From: Hydrolagus affinis
Taxonomy: Eukaryota
DNA: 64,000 nt
Direction of reading: 5' to 3'
Assembly (NCBI GenBank): GCA_012026655.1
Contig: JAAILG010000134.1
Span: 1-64,000 of the forward strand
In this document: one piece after another, positions 1 through 12,430 of the stretch
How positions within the stretch are numbered: position 1 is the first letter of the stretch
Layout: each line of letters opens with the position of its first letter
Translations under genes and position numbers: made by a program
Notes under the pieces: model-generated
Database searches by the model: none
What the model was told of the DNA's origin: nothing
Seen by the model: only the letters and a program-made list of their open reading frames with translations

Positions 1-1289
1 TTATCCCAAATAACAGTACATCAATTCAAAAGCTCTTTTATTGCTTTACTTGTCACAAAACACCTTGATTCTACATAGGTTCCCTGTAAGATGGTTAATG
101 GAACTTACCACCGTTTTGACCTTTCTGGCAGATGCCAGTGTGTGTCCAATTGAAACAGTTTTGCTCACACTTAGATTAAAACATGGGTAGAATATTTGTT
201 GGAATAGATTTGCTGTAAATTTCATTTGAATCTCAATGATTGTTGATGTAGTTGCTTTTTGAAATTGCCATGGGAGCACAATTTTAATCACTGCAAACGC
301 TTTGGGACAGTCTTAAACACCATTTTAATTTCCCTCCATGAACCATAATGAATCAATGTGGTTGTTTAGCTAAAATATATTCCAAGAGTGATGAATATTT
401 AATCAGATATGATCACCATGCTAATATATACTTTGTCTTTAATAAAATTTGGACACAATAAATGAATGGTGGATTACTCAGAGGCTTGTCTCAATCTTGT
501 ATGAGTTCACATACAATAGTGTATTCTCTGTATTTGTTTGCTCTTATTAAACTGTACGTTGCTTTTTTTTCCAATCAAGGCAATGGGACCAGATGAATTT
601 GGGCTACAAGTTTCTTGATCAATAATGCATCAGAAGCAGAAGTGTTAAGTTATTAAATCTCTTGTTACACTTGATTACAGGAATCAGGGAAGGTTTTAAA
701 ATCTGAATGCTTATTTACTAAGATTTTAGTCATGCTTAAAAATCGCAGAGATGACATGCAAACAATCTGAAATTAATTTGAAGGGGAACAGGCAAGTAAC
801 CAGCCAACAGTAACATTCTGATCCTACTTTGGGAGCATAGAATGTGCATTGCTTTTGAAACTTTCCTCATAAAGAATCATCTCCCAACAAAACAGCATTG
901 ATGGAACAAGTAGCCTGAAAGAGAACCAGATAGCATCTTTCACTGGCTCCAGATCTCAAAACTATGAAAACTCACTTTCCACACAAGTTCATCACTGCTT
1001 GGTTGAATAACAGTGGTTTATTGCAAGCAGGGTTGCCTTCTGCAGTCAAACATCTTCAAGGCTTCATGAAACATGATAAAGTTTTACATAAAGCTGTGAG
1101 GTAAAGCCTCCGCACTAAAGCACTGGAACCCACAGCAGGAGGTGATTGAGCAGAAATCTACATTATTGCTAACGTCTGCAACAATAATGTACATTTCTAT
1201 TTATACTGTATGCTATTCAGTATTCACATATGCAAGGATCTAGTAAGAATCGAAAGATTAGAAAGTAATGTGTAATGACCTTGAGAATG

Positions 1290-1795
1290 CAAAAGCAGCA
1301 ACTTGTGTGTGGGATTTGGGTAGTCAAGAAATTGAATGACATGTTTCATGGACCTTTGGAAACATTGAAATATTCCATCAGCTCTTCCTTTTACCTTTTG
1401 GTGCTGGCAAATCTTGACCCTGTTGATGAAGTGATTGAGAGTAGACCTGGTAACACTGTTTAAGATTATGAAAGGACCCATAAGGTAAACTTTAACATGC
1501 TGTTTCCACTTGTTGGTGATGGAACATAAATACAAGCTACCTAGTCGTAGATGTAAAAGGAATTTTAGGAGGAATGACTTTAAGCAGACAGTGGCGAGAA
1601 TATGGAATTAATTCCCCAAATTTGTGGTTGAAGCAAAAAGTATCAATGTATTTAAGAGGAAACTGGATACATACATGACAGAGAAAGGGAATGGAAAAGT
1701 GGGTGGTGGTGGATTGTGTGGAGAATAAACACTGGTATGGACGAGTTGGCCAAAAGCCCATTTCTACACAATATCATTCTATGCCATTCTTTGTA
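1290..1795 (+). mobile_element. Degraded CR1-type LINE 3' end
   Basis: CR1-like ORF2 C-terminal/3'UTR sequence (agaatatggaattaattcccc...gtggttgaagca...tttaagaggaaactggatacatacatga...gttggccaaaagccc) ending in (ATTCTATG)-like repeats; recognised from recalled family consensus. Confidence 0.6.
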
Positions 1796-2994
1796 TTTGA
1801 TGCAGTGAGAACTTATATGCTGCAGTATCCATCTGAGGTAATTTAAACACTTTAACTCTCTCACATTGTAGCATTTAACTATGTTTAACTCCTGAGCACC
1901 TTGTCCTGCTCACAAACTGCAGCTTGTCGGTTAAGCTGTATTTACAAGCAGCTCACTGTAAACTTCAATTGCAAGCAACTCTGCACTGTCCTGACCTGTG
2001 AATAGTATAGAATTCCTTCTGTTTACACTGCAGACTTGATTCAAAGGGGGTCACTGAAAACATGCAATCCGCTCTGCGCACTCTGCATCTCTTAAAATGT
2101 ACCTTATTCTTTCATTCCTCATCAAGCTCTCAGCTTTTTCCTTTCTCCACATCGCCGAATCATTTCACTTTGGCTAAAGTTTCACCATTCTTTTCTCTAA
2201 CTTCTAGTTACAAAACAGAATCTATCAGAGGACAAGAATTAATGTAAAATTACATTTGGATGATTTTCATGAAATCCCATAAGATACTGTTAAATCTAAA
2301 ATATCAAATCTTTGCCATATTTTGATCTTTAGTAATCAGCGAACTGAAACACAGGTAATGCAGGTATCAAACCATGCAAGAAAATATTTGTTGGCATTCA
2401 AGGTCTCACTTGACTGAATGAGACCTTTATCACCAGGATGATTAGTAGAAAGAATTTCTAATGTGACAATAGCAGCATTTATTAGAGTCGCTCTCCAACC
2501 TGCAGTCATTTCAAATGATCTTTCAGATTGCTGCTTATTCAAACGGCTGTTTATTTTCCAAATAAGGGATGACATTTTGACATCAGGCAAAACTTTTATT
2601 TGATGTCACAGCTCTTAACTCCTGAGAATTTGTTTATTAATTATCCACTTACTCTAATTAGCATACATTAATTGCAAGTTACATTAAGAAGATTCAGACA
2701 TACAAAACATGTTAAGATCATTAAGATCAATTGATAAAATACAAAGTGATATATTTTATTGTTAAAATAATTCTTGCATTTGATATAATTACTTTGGATA
2801 TCATTTCCAAAGTAATTGGACTTGCATTCCTGTTAACCCGTTCCAAGAGATTATTTTCTTCAGCTAATCTGAAACCAACATCCGAACACTAACCTGAACA
2901 TATTCAGAGATGTTGCAGTGAAACATCTTGGTCTTATACTGTAAGGAACAAAGCAGAAGTTGACCTAGTTGGGGTTGTGATGTGACCACACCCA

Positions 2995-3053
2995 ACCTTA
3001 GGACGTCCTCCCAATGTAAAAGGCGCTAATACAAATGTAATTTTGTTTATTGT
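2995..3053 (+). mobile_element. L2 3' tail-only fragment
   Basis: ccttaggacgtcctcccaatgtaaaaggcgctaatacaaatgtaattttgttt matches the 3' end of the L2 at 58450-58514. Confidence 0.7.
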
Positions 3054-4349
3054 ACTTTTTGGATCGTTACACATTTTCCATTAATTGTGACCTGACAAAT
3101 ACTGTATGTCTGAGAATGGAATCTCGGGAACTGGCTGATATTGGAGCCGAATGTACTATTAAAGCACCAGCTTCACCTGACTCTTGTAGGCTTATCAGCA
3201 TCTGATGATCTCAACACTGTGGATAGATCTAAGCAGACCCAGAAAAGTCAAAGTGACTCATTTTATGGAAAGATGACAAACTTTTGTTTTCCTGCCAAAA
3301 AATGAGATTGCAGGTGCACATTAAAATGCATCAAGGATACAACCACTGAAATATGTTAATTAAGTTGTTGCAAAGTGAGTCAAGTTAAAAATTCGGTTTA
3401 CCCAAATCCTACAAGATGAATCAATACATATGCACGTTTGCTGAACTAATGGATCACATGATATTCTACCATTGTATCCCCATGGGTTCATAACGCCTTT
3501 CAATTCATTTTGCAAACATTGTTGTCATAATGAATCGTTACTTACCAAGACTGTCTGAAATCTGTATCTTCCTTTAAGTTCTCCCACTGGGCTTTTGGGG
3601 TTGTCATTCAAGGATACCATGATAATGTAAATTCTATTCATGCAACTAAATTGAACTGCTTGTCAGTAGGACTGACAGTAATTTAGCAGAGTAGTATGAA
3701 ATTCTGTTTCATGGCTCGTACTGAGACAGGAAGTGTGAGTGTGGCCATGCTATTTGAGCAGTGATGAAGCCAACCCATCACAAGATATTTCTTGATGAAA
3801 TTCTTTTAAAATTAAGTTGAGTTACACAAATAAAGACTCCTTCTGCTAACCAGAAATATATTGAACCAACTGCTCCGATCTAACATGATTCTGGATTGAG
3901 GTTTTTGTGGTTCAACAAGAATTCTGAGACTTTTGCCTAAATCTCATTTAGAAATCCTGGAAATTCGATTCCAAAAGGCTTTCAAAGTGTTTCTGTAACC
4001 CAGTGCTTTAAATCATGCTCTGTGCCACGCATTACAGTTTGAATAAATACGACACGCTAAACACTAATGATATGGACTGGAGTGTGACCTCTCAGTAATC
4101 TCTGGGATATTTTCCTCAGGCAGTAAACCACAAATAATTCCTCCATTTGCAAGTAATGAGGTCAGTTGTTAATCCTTCTTGTGTGTATTGGCATTATACC
4201 TCTGACATGGGTTGCACTTGTAGACACCACGGGCATGGAAAATCACGACTGGCACAAACACAATTAAATCACTCCAGCAAATAAATTTCCTGGAGTAACA
4301 GCTTTCTAATCTTGGGGTTGAGGTGACTGCCGTGTTTAATGCTGAAAAA

Positions 4350-4506
4350 AATATGGTCACTCTATGCACAACTGTTTGTGGGAGACTGCAGTGTGCAATT
4401 GTCAGCTGTGTTTCATCCACAAAATATACAGACTACTCACTCTACAGTACGTTCTGTGAGGCGCTTTGAGAAGTTTCAATGATGTGATCGGGCACAAGGA
4501 TTATTG
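4350..4506 (+). mobile_element. SINE 3' half (Deu-type/L2-like tail)
   Basis: ctgtttgtgggagactgcagtgtgcaattg...ctgtgaggcgctttgaga...caaggattatt aligns by eye to the 3' half of the SINE at 62013-62384. Confidence 0.7.
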
Positions 4507-4847
4507 TTTTGTAGTGATTCACTGCAATTTTGACAGTGTTTGGTGAACATGTGGTATAAGTAACATCAAGTTGAGGCCTGGTAGCCTCATCATGACATAG
4601 TCTGGATGAGATGGTATGATGAGAAGTGCAATCAGGCCCACTGCAATGTAAACATGATGGTGTAAATCACTCCAGCTTTACTCCTGCTCCCAACCCCCAC
4701 CACCCACACTCCCACACACACCCAGTCCAAAGTTCTTCAGGGATCCACTGAACTCACAGGGAATCTTCAACAGAAGTTTTATTAAACGGCCCATTCTATC
4801 ATAAAGACAAACACATCAGGAATTGTGCTAAGTGATCAAATTACAGA

Positions 4848-5060
4848 ATTACATAGAACAATAAACATGGAACCAGACCAACTGAGCTGGTTTGTGTACT
4901 GCACACAAGCCTACGCCCATCCTATTTTCCCTCCCTCTCATATGCCTCTAATCCTTTTTCTTGTTTGTATCAAATTTCCACTTAAATAGATGGATTGATT
5001 ACTTTTTGGTTCAACTGTAGCTTCCAGCATATTCTCACCATTCTCTCAATAAAGTTCTTC
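4848..5060 (-). mobile_element. Degraded CR1 3' end
   Basis: acatagaaca tail followed by ttgtatcaaatttccacttaaata...ttcaactgtagcttccagcatattctcaccattctc; reverse complement of the CR1-like end at 1550-1790. Confidence 0.45.
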
Positions 5061-5539
5061 GGAAAATTATATATAAGTGAATTTTTATACTTTTTGACTT
5101 TTTTGGCTATTTTGAGAAAAGTTTGAATTGTACTTGTCTTCATTAAAACAGTTCCTTGTTTTCCAACTTCAAAACAGCAAGTGGCAATGACAGACATATT
5201 CTAAAATCAGCAAAACAGGTTATTTTGAACAAGGGACCCATTAAACAATTCTCTTCTAGGAATACAAATATTATTCCTTTGAAATCTTCAGTAAATCCCT
5301 AGCCACTTGATCTTGTTGCCGACAATACCATAATAGTGATACCACCTCCAAGTTAAATTTCATAACTCTAAATAAATTGTTTTTCTTTTTTATGGTATCT
5401 CATCTATCTAGTTGTGAATGCCAGTCAACACGAGGATTCTTACGGCTCTCTGGGGTTTGAGAACTGAATGTTTTTCTTCCAAAGCCGGGTCGTACTGGGC
5501 CTATTTACAAACACAGTAATCCAAAACATCACATTGTTA

Positions 5540-5632
5540 TTCTGGGAACACTCAGCAGGTCAGGCAGCATCTATGGATCCCAACGATTTCTGTTTTTGTT
5601 TCAGATTTCCAGCATCTGCAATATTTTGCACT
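5540..5632. mobile_element. Penelope-like inverted-arm remnant
   Basis: gggaacactcagcaggtcaggcagcatctatgga is joined to the opposite-orientation arm tttctgtttttgtttcagatttccagcatctgcaatattttgc; the same family occurs at 35770 and 40060. Family assignment is from recall. Confidence 0.5.
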
Positions 5633-6417
5633 TTTGACATTGTTATTCTAGTTGACTTGCAGACAGGTTGACATCCACCAATTTATTTCCATTTGTCAAA
5701 TCTCAGATGATTAACTAATCCCAGAAACTTTCAGCATATGTTGCATGCTCAAAAGCTAAAATTGTAGTGAAAACAAAATCAGCCCCAAATCTTCGCAACT
5801 GCAGTCATTTCTACAAGGTATCTACAGGTATTTAGCTATTAAGTTTAGGTAGAGTACTGGTCATGTTGTTGGGATGAAAGGGTCTGTCTGGGCCTCAGTG
5901 GCAATGCAGAGAATAGTGAAGTTGATCCCCAGTGTTAAGAGGAAAAAGCTTTGAGTAACAATTAGTCAGAGAGTGGGGCTCAGTTTTTTTTTAAAAAAGA
6001 TGTCTCAGGGGAGTCTTATATAGATGGATGAAGTTTAAATAGAATTGATAAAGTAAACCCAAAACAATACTTGGGATGCATCAAGGTAGTAGAACAAGAA
6101 GACATTGGTTGATAGTTGCAAAGGGCAATTTCAGTACAGAGTGTTTTTTTCATCAAAACCAATCTTGTGATCTTATACAAATACGTTGAGTCATATTTAC
6201 TGACAATCACAAATTATTACTGTACCTTATACTGTACCATTATTTTTCAGTTTTTGGTGATATATTCCCCTGATCTTGAGTAAATAATGAATAAACTATG
6301 CTCAAACAATTTAAAGAATTAGTCATTAAAATAAAAAAAGTATTTCTGCAAAGCAACTTCAAGCAAAGAGGTCAACATGTTAATTTAAGTTTTTCTTCAC
6401 TCCAGACACAGAAATAT

Positions 6418-6584
6418 AACAATAATAATAATCCTAGTACTTGATATAGCGCTTTTCACATCTTCTAGACGCCTGAAAGCGCTACACAGAATATACTGTA
6501 AAGAGAATTGACTATATTGAATGTGGGCAAAACATGGCAGCCAACTGTACACAAGCAGTCTTAAATTGAAATGACCAATTTTTT
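6418..6584 (-). mobile_element. SINE 3' half, interrupted by a Tigger-like end
   Basis: (AAT)n tail, ttgatatagcgcttttcacatcttctagacgcctgaaagcgctacacagaatatactgtaaag...gaaatgaccaatt; matches 9390-9575. Confidence 0.8.
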
Positions 6585-6586
6585 TA

Positions 6587-6720
6587 CAGTAAAACCTCGA
6601 TTATCCAACATTCCGAAAGCCAGCAACTCCCTAAAACTGGGAAGATTTCAAAATACAAACATCATTAATTTTTTTTATCCGGCAAATCTCTCAAAATTCA
6701 GAATGGCTGCTTGTAGTTCC
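6587..6720 (+). mobile_element. Tc1/mariner (Tigger-like) terminal fragment
   Basis: TA followed by CAGTAAAACCTCGATTATCC, a typical Tigger/pogo TIR start; no partner TIR seen. Confidence 0.5.
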
Positions 6721-6818
6721 TGGTGTGGACGCTCTGTCATCCGGTGCTGTGGTTTCTGCTCAGGCATTGTTTGGCTTCAGTGCCATGTTTACACCACACA
6801 TGGTGTATGGCGTACACG

Positions 6819-7387
6819 TTCTAGTAATACAAGAACAATCCTCTGGGGAGCTCAGAGAAGAATACCATCATATTAATTGCATGAGTCCTAAAGATGTATT
6901 CTACACTGTGACTGCCATCTGATGAAATATGTTTCAGACACGATGATAAAGGTCCCAGGGTGACATCAGAACAGTGCAGCATGCAGATACATGCTGAATG
7001 TAAAGTGAAAGATGTGCTTTGCAAGAACCATTGTTACATGATGATTCAAAATGTCACATTGACATTTAGGGACAGTATGGTGCACTGAGTTACGAACATT
7101 GTTATCACTTCAAACATTAACAGCTAAAATGCTAATCTCTTCAAAATATAGAATTCATTGGTAGAGTGAGCTCATTTTATATTGATCTGCATGGATGAGC
7201 AGTTATAAATACTTCTGTGTGACTGATCCTGGTAATGATATCAAACACAGACAAATACATGCGCTCATGGACACACACACACACATTCTAGTAATATAAG
7301 AACAATCCTCTGGGGAGCTCAGAGAAGAATACCATCATATTAACTGGATGAGTCTTAAAGATACATTCTATGCCATCTGATGAAATA
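6819..7387 (+). repeat. Dispersed direct duplication of ~105 bp (6819-6929 and 7286-7387)
   Basis: ttctagtaat.aagaacaatcctctggggagctcagagaagaataccatcatattaa...tgccatctgatgaaata occurs twice; the second copy lacks 9 bp. Confidence 0.9.
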
Positions 7388-9039
7388 AGCACAATGGAAG
7401 ATCATTAAACTATTGCTGAGTGAGACATAATTGGATTTGTCAGCTGACATACCATATGGATAATTGGTAACGTAGAATGAGACAGCCAGTTAGGTACACA
7501 ATGGTGAGGGACAGCATTTTAACGCATTGCTAAACAAGAATGTAGAGTCACAATAAGGTGTGAGGTCATGTTCTTCCCAATTTTGATTTGTCCTTTTACT
7601 TTCTAGGCAGCAAAGCTGCTGGGCTTTTGTATGTCATAAGGAGAAAATTCAGGCCCCACAATTTCAAAGCATCAGGGCTACAATGCTGGGCAAGCAAAGT
7701 AGCTATTCAAGCAACTTCCCAAAAATACAATACACCCTTTATTGATCATAAAAATACTGAATGTTTGATATGCCAAGTTCTTAAGAGGTAAAAAATGCAA
7801 TCCCACAATTAAAGCTAAGCTTATTTTCTTTGCTTTGTACTCCAGGATTTGACCAGATAATGGTGTTGTCCTATTGTGGAGGGTACCCAACCTGGTCACC
7901 TCAGTATGTTAATCATTAGGCTTGAAACAATGAGATTCTCAATTTGAATCACAACCATTTAATTCTTTATCCTTTCAAGGTTAATAAAATTAATGCCATG
8001 TCTAAAGCAGTGAAACACAAGTGCGCACTCACAAATCTCAGCTTTGCCCGAGGACATCGTCATGCAGAGCCAGGAGTCCAATTCAGCAGCACTGTCCCAC
8101 AGCGCCCTAAAACAATAACGGTAGTATGACTGGGACATCATAAGCTAGGCTTGTAAATACAGCAATTCCCTGTTGTAAGATATTCACATTTCCTTGCATT
8201 GAATTGTTGACTCGTTATATGGAAAGATATTTTTACATAACTGCTTTGTCCACCTTTACAGGGTTCTGCTGTATATGTCCATTAATATTTATAACACATG
8301 CAGGGTCAGTTGTCTATTCTCTGGATTTTATAATGTTCATCATGTCTCAATTTGGAAAAAATGCTTAAAAAAATTCAAAAGCTAAACAGAGCTGACATAT
8401 TGAAATGAAGAGATACTGTATAAAATCCTGTGACACGCAACATTCAGTAAAGGTCAGCATACACATCATCACTGCTGTCTAATCCCTAGCAGCATTCAGA
8501 GGACGCCTTCATTGAGCAATGATGACCTACAGCATACAGACTCTTGGGGAATAATAAATACCAGGACCACATTAAACACAAACCATATTGAACAGTCAAC
8601 TCAATGAAATTACAGATTGAGACAGGCAAGGCAGCAAAGTGCAAATCCCAAAACACTTGGAACATTGTCTTGCCTTTGAAAATTGTGTGAATAGGATTAT
8701 TTTGAATCCTGATTATTTGAAGTTGAACATTCAATCCTCTCTTTTGGTTTTCACATAGAAGTTTTCATTCCATTCAATGGTGCTAGATTTGAAGCTGTTT
8801 ATCAGACATTAAAATATGGTGCATTAACCCACTGGGATTCCATCACTCCCATTCAGTGGAGTCAGCAACCTGGGAGTTCTCTCATTGTGAACTTCACTGG
8901 AATGTTGATTATCTGTCACAATGAAAGGGAATGACAAGGTGTGTAGCTATATCCTATCTGCAGACTAGCATTGAACGGTATATGATCCTTGACAATTCTC
9001 AGCATCAGTGGTGGCTGGATCGTTTTGTAGAAGCAGAAT

Positions 9040-9152
9040 ATTTTGCCCACAAAATATACAGTCAATTCACTTTACAGTATATTCTATGAAGTGCTTTGAG
9101 ACGTATCGATGATGAGATAAGGTGCAATATCAAATGCAAAGATTATTATTAT
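9040..9152 (+). mobile_element. SINE 3' tail fragment
   Basis: gcccacaaaatatacagtcaattcactttacagtatattctatgaagtgctttgagacg...atcaaatgcaaagattattatt. Confidence 0.8.
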
Positions 9153-9389
9153 CTCTTTTCATGGTGCAGTATAAATTGGCTGGGCAACACGTTCAGGACC
9201 ACAAAGCACATCATTACTTGGTTTGCAACAATGTTGGAGAAAAACATTTTGCCTAAACAAAACCTGTTTCTCAATTCTAGTGCATGAACTTTAGTCAGAA
9301 AAGATGAATTGTTTTAGGCTAGGACCATGTTAAATAGGTTTGAGGAAAAAATGGAAGAAGGAACACTTAAAGAGTCATGGAAGGATATA

Positions 9390-9720
9390 TAATAATAATA
9401 ATAATATAATAATCCTTGCATTTGATACAGCACTATTCACATCTTATCGACGTCTTAAAGCGCTTCACAGAATATACTGTAAAGTGAATTGACTATATTT
9501 GTGGGCGAAATGCAGCAGCCAATTGCACACAGTAGTGTCCCATAAACAGTCGTGGATTGAAATGACCAATTTTATATTGTGTTTTTTTGGGGACGGATTA
9601 TTATTAGGCGTGTGGAGTAAGTAAACTTGCCCAAGGTTTCACCCTGATCTGCCTGGATTTGAACACAGATCTCATTCTTGTAAGGTGAGTGCTCTACCCA
9701 CTGAGCTGCAGGAGCTCCAC
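9390..9720 (-). mobile_element. Full-length tRNA-derived SINE (tRNA head, Deu-type 3' part, L2-like tail; resembles elephant shark SINE2-1_CM)
   Basis: Minus strand: A box (cagctcagtgggtagagc), B box (gttcaaatcc), ccttgggcaagttt, ctgtttatgggacactactgtgtgcaattggctgc, tail gcgctttaagacgtc...gatgtgaatagtgctgtatcaaatgcaagg(ATT)n. Confidence 0.9.
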
Positions 9721-12289
9721 AAATATCTACAAGCGACTCCTCTGAGAAAATTATGGAAAAGCAACAATGCAAATAAATGAGAACTTGGGAATGAAATGAA
9801 ATTCTGAATCAAAGTATCACAGAATGGAAGGAAACAATCATTTGCAAGACAAAATCACGAGTAGATTAATTCTCAGGCACGATAATCCGCCAGCACTCTT
9901 ATCGTTACACAAGCTACAGTAATAAATGTGAAGCAGTTCCCTGCCAGCTGGTACTCTATCATTCAGCACTGTATCAACTGCTCAGTTCCATTCCTCACTG
10001 AACTGCAAGGTGATTGTCAGCTATGCACTCTGACACAGGTGATGCAGCTATGCACTCTGACACAGATTTCCTGCAATCAGCTAATGCTTTCGGTATATCT
10101 GACACACCAACGAGTTACAAACTTGGGACTTAATTAAGCAATAATGGCCATTAGCCTGCAAAGTGTGCAAAATGTAACTGATCTAACGAATAGCACAGGA
10201 TTTGTTTAATACTGAGAAACTCTCCAGGAATGGGATTTACTTTCCAGGCATGATTTGAATGGTTATACACTACCACAATTTGTGGGCATTAACAAAAAAA
10301 AATGCTTTTTCCCAAGTTTGTAATGAAAGCTGCAGTATAATGAGTGGGCAATAGGATAGCACCAGATAACTAATCAGAATAATCACAAATTTGCACTGAT
10401 TACCTGGACATCATGAAATGTTCAACAGCGTGGACATCCCAGCCAAACCCAACAATGCCTTGTCCAATGTCGCCAAAAAGATATACTCCACCATGAGTCG
10501 TTGAACTGAACTGGGTATGAAAATGATTGATTCTTGCCCTGCCTCAGCCTGCAAATGAATCATAGGGTTCCTGTTGTGGCCCCAGTTTATAGCTAATTCA
10601 CCATAAACTAATTCAGGACCTTCCTGATCAGTATGGTTCAATGCAACACAACTGACCCAAACGGTGCGTGTTAATAGAGGAGTAAGAATATAATTTTAAA
10701 CCAAAAATAATCATACCATTGTAAACATCATCCCATCAGTTATATTTCTTTGCATGGCTTTCTTTCCAAGCCTCATGCAAGGCTTCTTGCAGAAGCTTCA
10801 AGTATTTGACATTGTTCAATTTAAAACATACTCAAATGAACATGGCTGGTGGGAGTTCACGGGAGCTGTGTTTTAGACAAAAATAAGACCAGACAGACAT
10901 CAGTTACTCACCCTGGACTGAGACAATGGTGAAGTTGAACTGAATCAATTTGTTTACCTGGTTAATGGTTGAAAGAAATTGTATTCAGATCTCTCTACGT
11001 GATTGGAGTCATGGTCTGTGTACCTGCTCTCTGGGCTACAGCAATGGAGAGATGAAAAATGTACAAAAGTATATCATGCATACATCTGCAAATTTTTTCG
11101 CTGTTCCAAATAAAACTTTTGACCTTTGCCAAGCTTTATCATAAAATGCCAGTAAAGCAGAAGCAGTTTGTCAGATCTCCTCATAGATGTGCTTTGGAAA
11201 TTCTTAATAGTGTATCTATTTTCATCAATCCAGTGCATATTGTGTAATCGGTTGCTAGATTATCAAATTCATCATTCCGGTGTGAAAACTTAATGTACAC
11301 ATTTATAGCTTCAATAGCACAAAGCACGTTCTAGCATCATTAATATAATAGCTTTCCTTGGCATTTAAGTAAAGTTGATAGAACTTAATTACCTTCGCCA
11401 AATTCAGTTGACTTGGACAATGAAAATGGAATCCGTGTTCATTTTTATTCCATCTTAATTCTTCTCATGTCACGCTCCTCTGGAGGACAACATGCATCAC
11501 TGTTGAATTATCTTTGATAATGTGCTTTAGTGTAGCTCAGAGAAATGCATTGCGTACGTTGACCAAACAGTATTTCTTGTAGCATGGCAGGTACAGACCT
11601 TGACGATGGTTGTTCATCCGGGTGAAGAGATGGGAGATACTCAAGGCAAAACTCACCAATGGCGAAGAATTTGTGAATCTCCGGGTAGCTCTACCTCTGA
11701 CATCTTTTTCAGTGATCATATTTTTTCTGTGCAGTTGCCAATATATTCTGGGTTTTTTTTGCTCCTTCAGCATTATCAAATAGAACCTCTTGCAAGTGAA
11801 TGAATTGTTGTGCACATATCATTGAAACCAATGATGTGAATGTATTACCATGTAAAAAAAAATCCAACCCCCCCAAAAAATGTTCACCTTCAGAGCAGCC
11901 TGTCACGTTCAACCATCGGCTTCTTCGTTTCAACATCCAACTTTCTGTTTGATTGACACCTCAAGGACAGCTCAAGTCACATCCATAATACAACACCATC
12001 AAACAGTGCAAGTCTTCTCTTTGCCTATAAAACAAAGGGTAAAAAATTGTTGACACCTAATTCAAAACATCTTTAAAAAAAATGAATATTCCCTTCAAAC
12101 CCGGATGGTGGACAAAGGAACAAAAGTAAGATTTTAGACTTACAGCAAAGTTTTAATTGGTAGAAAAGGCAGACATGAATGAAAATAAATTAAAATAGGA
12201 AATAAAGCAAAGGGGGAGATGAGGGAGAAACTAGTGAGAATGGATTCCAGTCAAGGATTTAAAATTTCATTCTTAAATTCTACTTTAAA

Positions 12290-12430
12290 TTTAGGGTAAC
12301 TATATTTGAGTCGTTTTAATAATATGGTGATGGTGAGGTTCGGGGTGACAAAGTCTTGGCTATGGGAGTTGAAGGTTTGCGGAACCAGGAGGCCAAATTC
12401 CAGGAAGTGTCTTTGAACCTGCTGGCAGTC
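12290..12430 (-). mobile_element. Possible Penelope GIY-YIG C-terminal relic
   Basis: ORF fragment LLVPQTFNSHSQDFVTPNLTITIL weakly resembles the PV..HFNS..H...DL.I..L end of Penelope ORFs. Confidence 0.25.

Noticed and set aside
2400-2427. 9-bp inverted repeat aaggtctca/tgagacctt
   Set aside because: Short enough to be expected by chance.
9640-9720. tRNA-like sequences (also at 19400, 48900, 52605, 55260, 62020)
   Set aside because: These are SINE heads continuing into the SINE body, with no intact acceptor stem; not tRNA genes.
10018-10065. 21-bp direct repeat resembling a repeat-spacer unit
   Set aside because: Only two copies with a 6-bp gap in eukaryotic DNA; a simple tandem duplication, not CRISPR.
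11393-11803. Short ORFs and donor-like sites around 11393 and 11657
   Set aside because: No pyrimidine-rich acceptors and no recognisable peptide.
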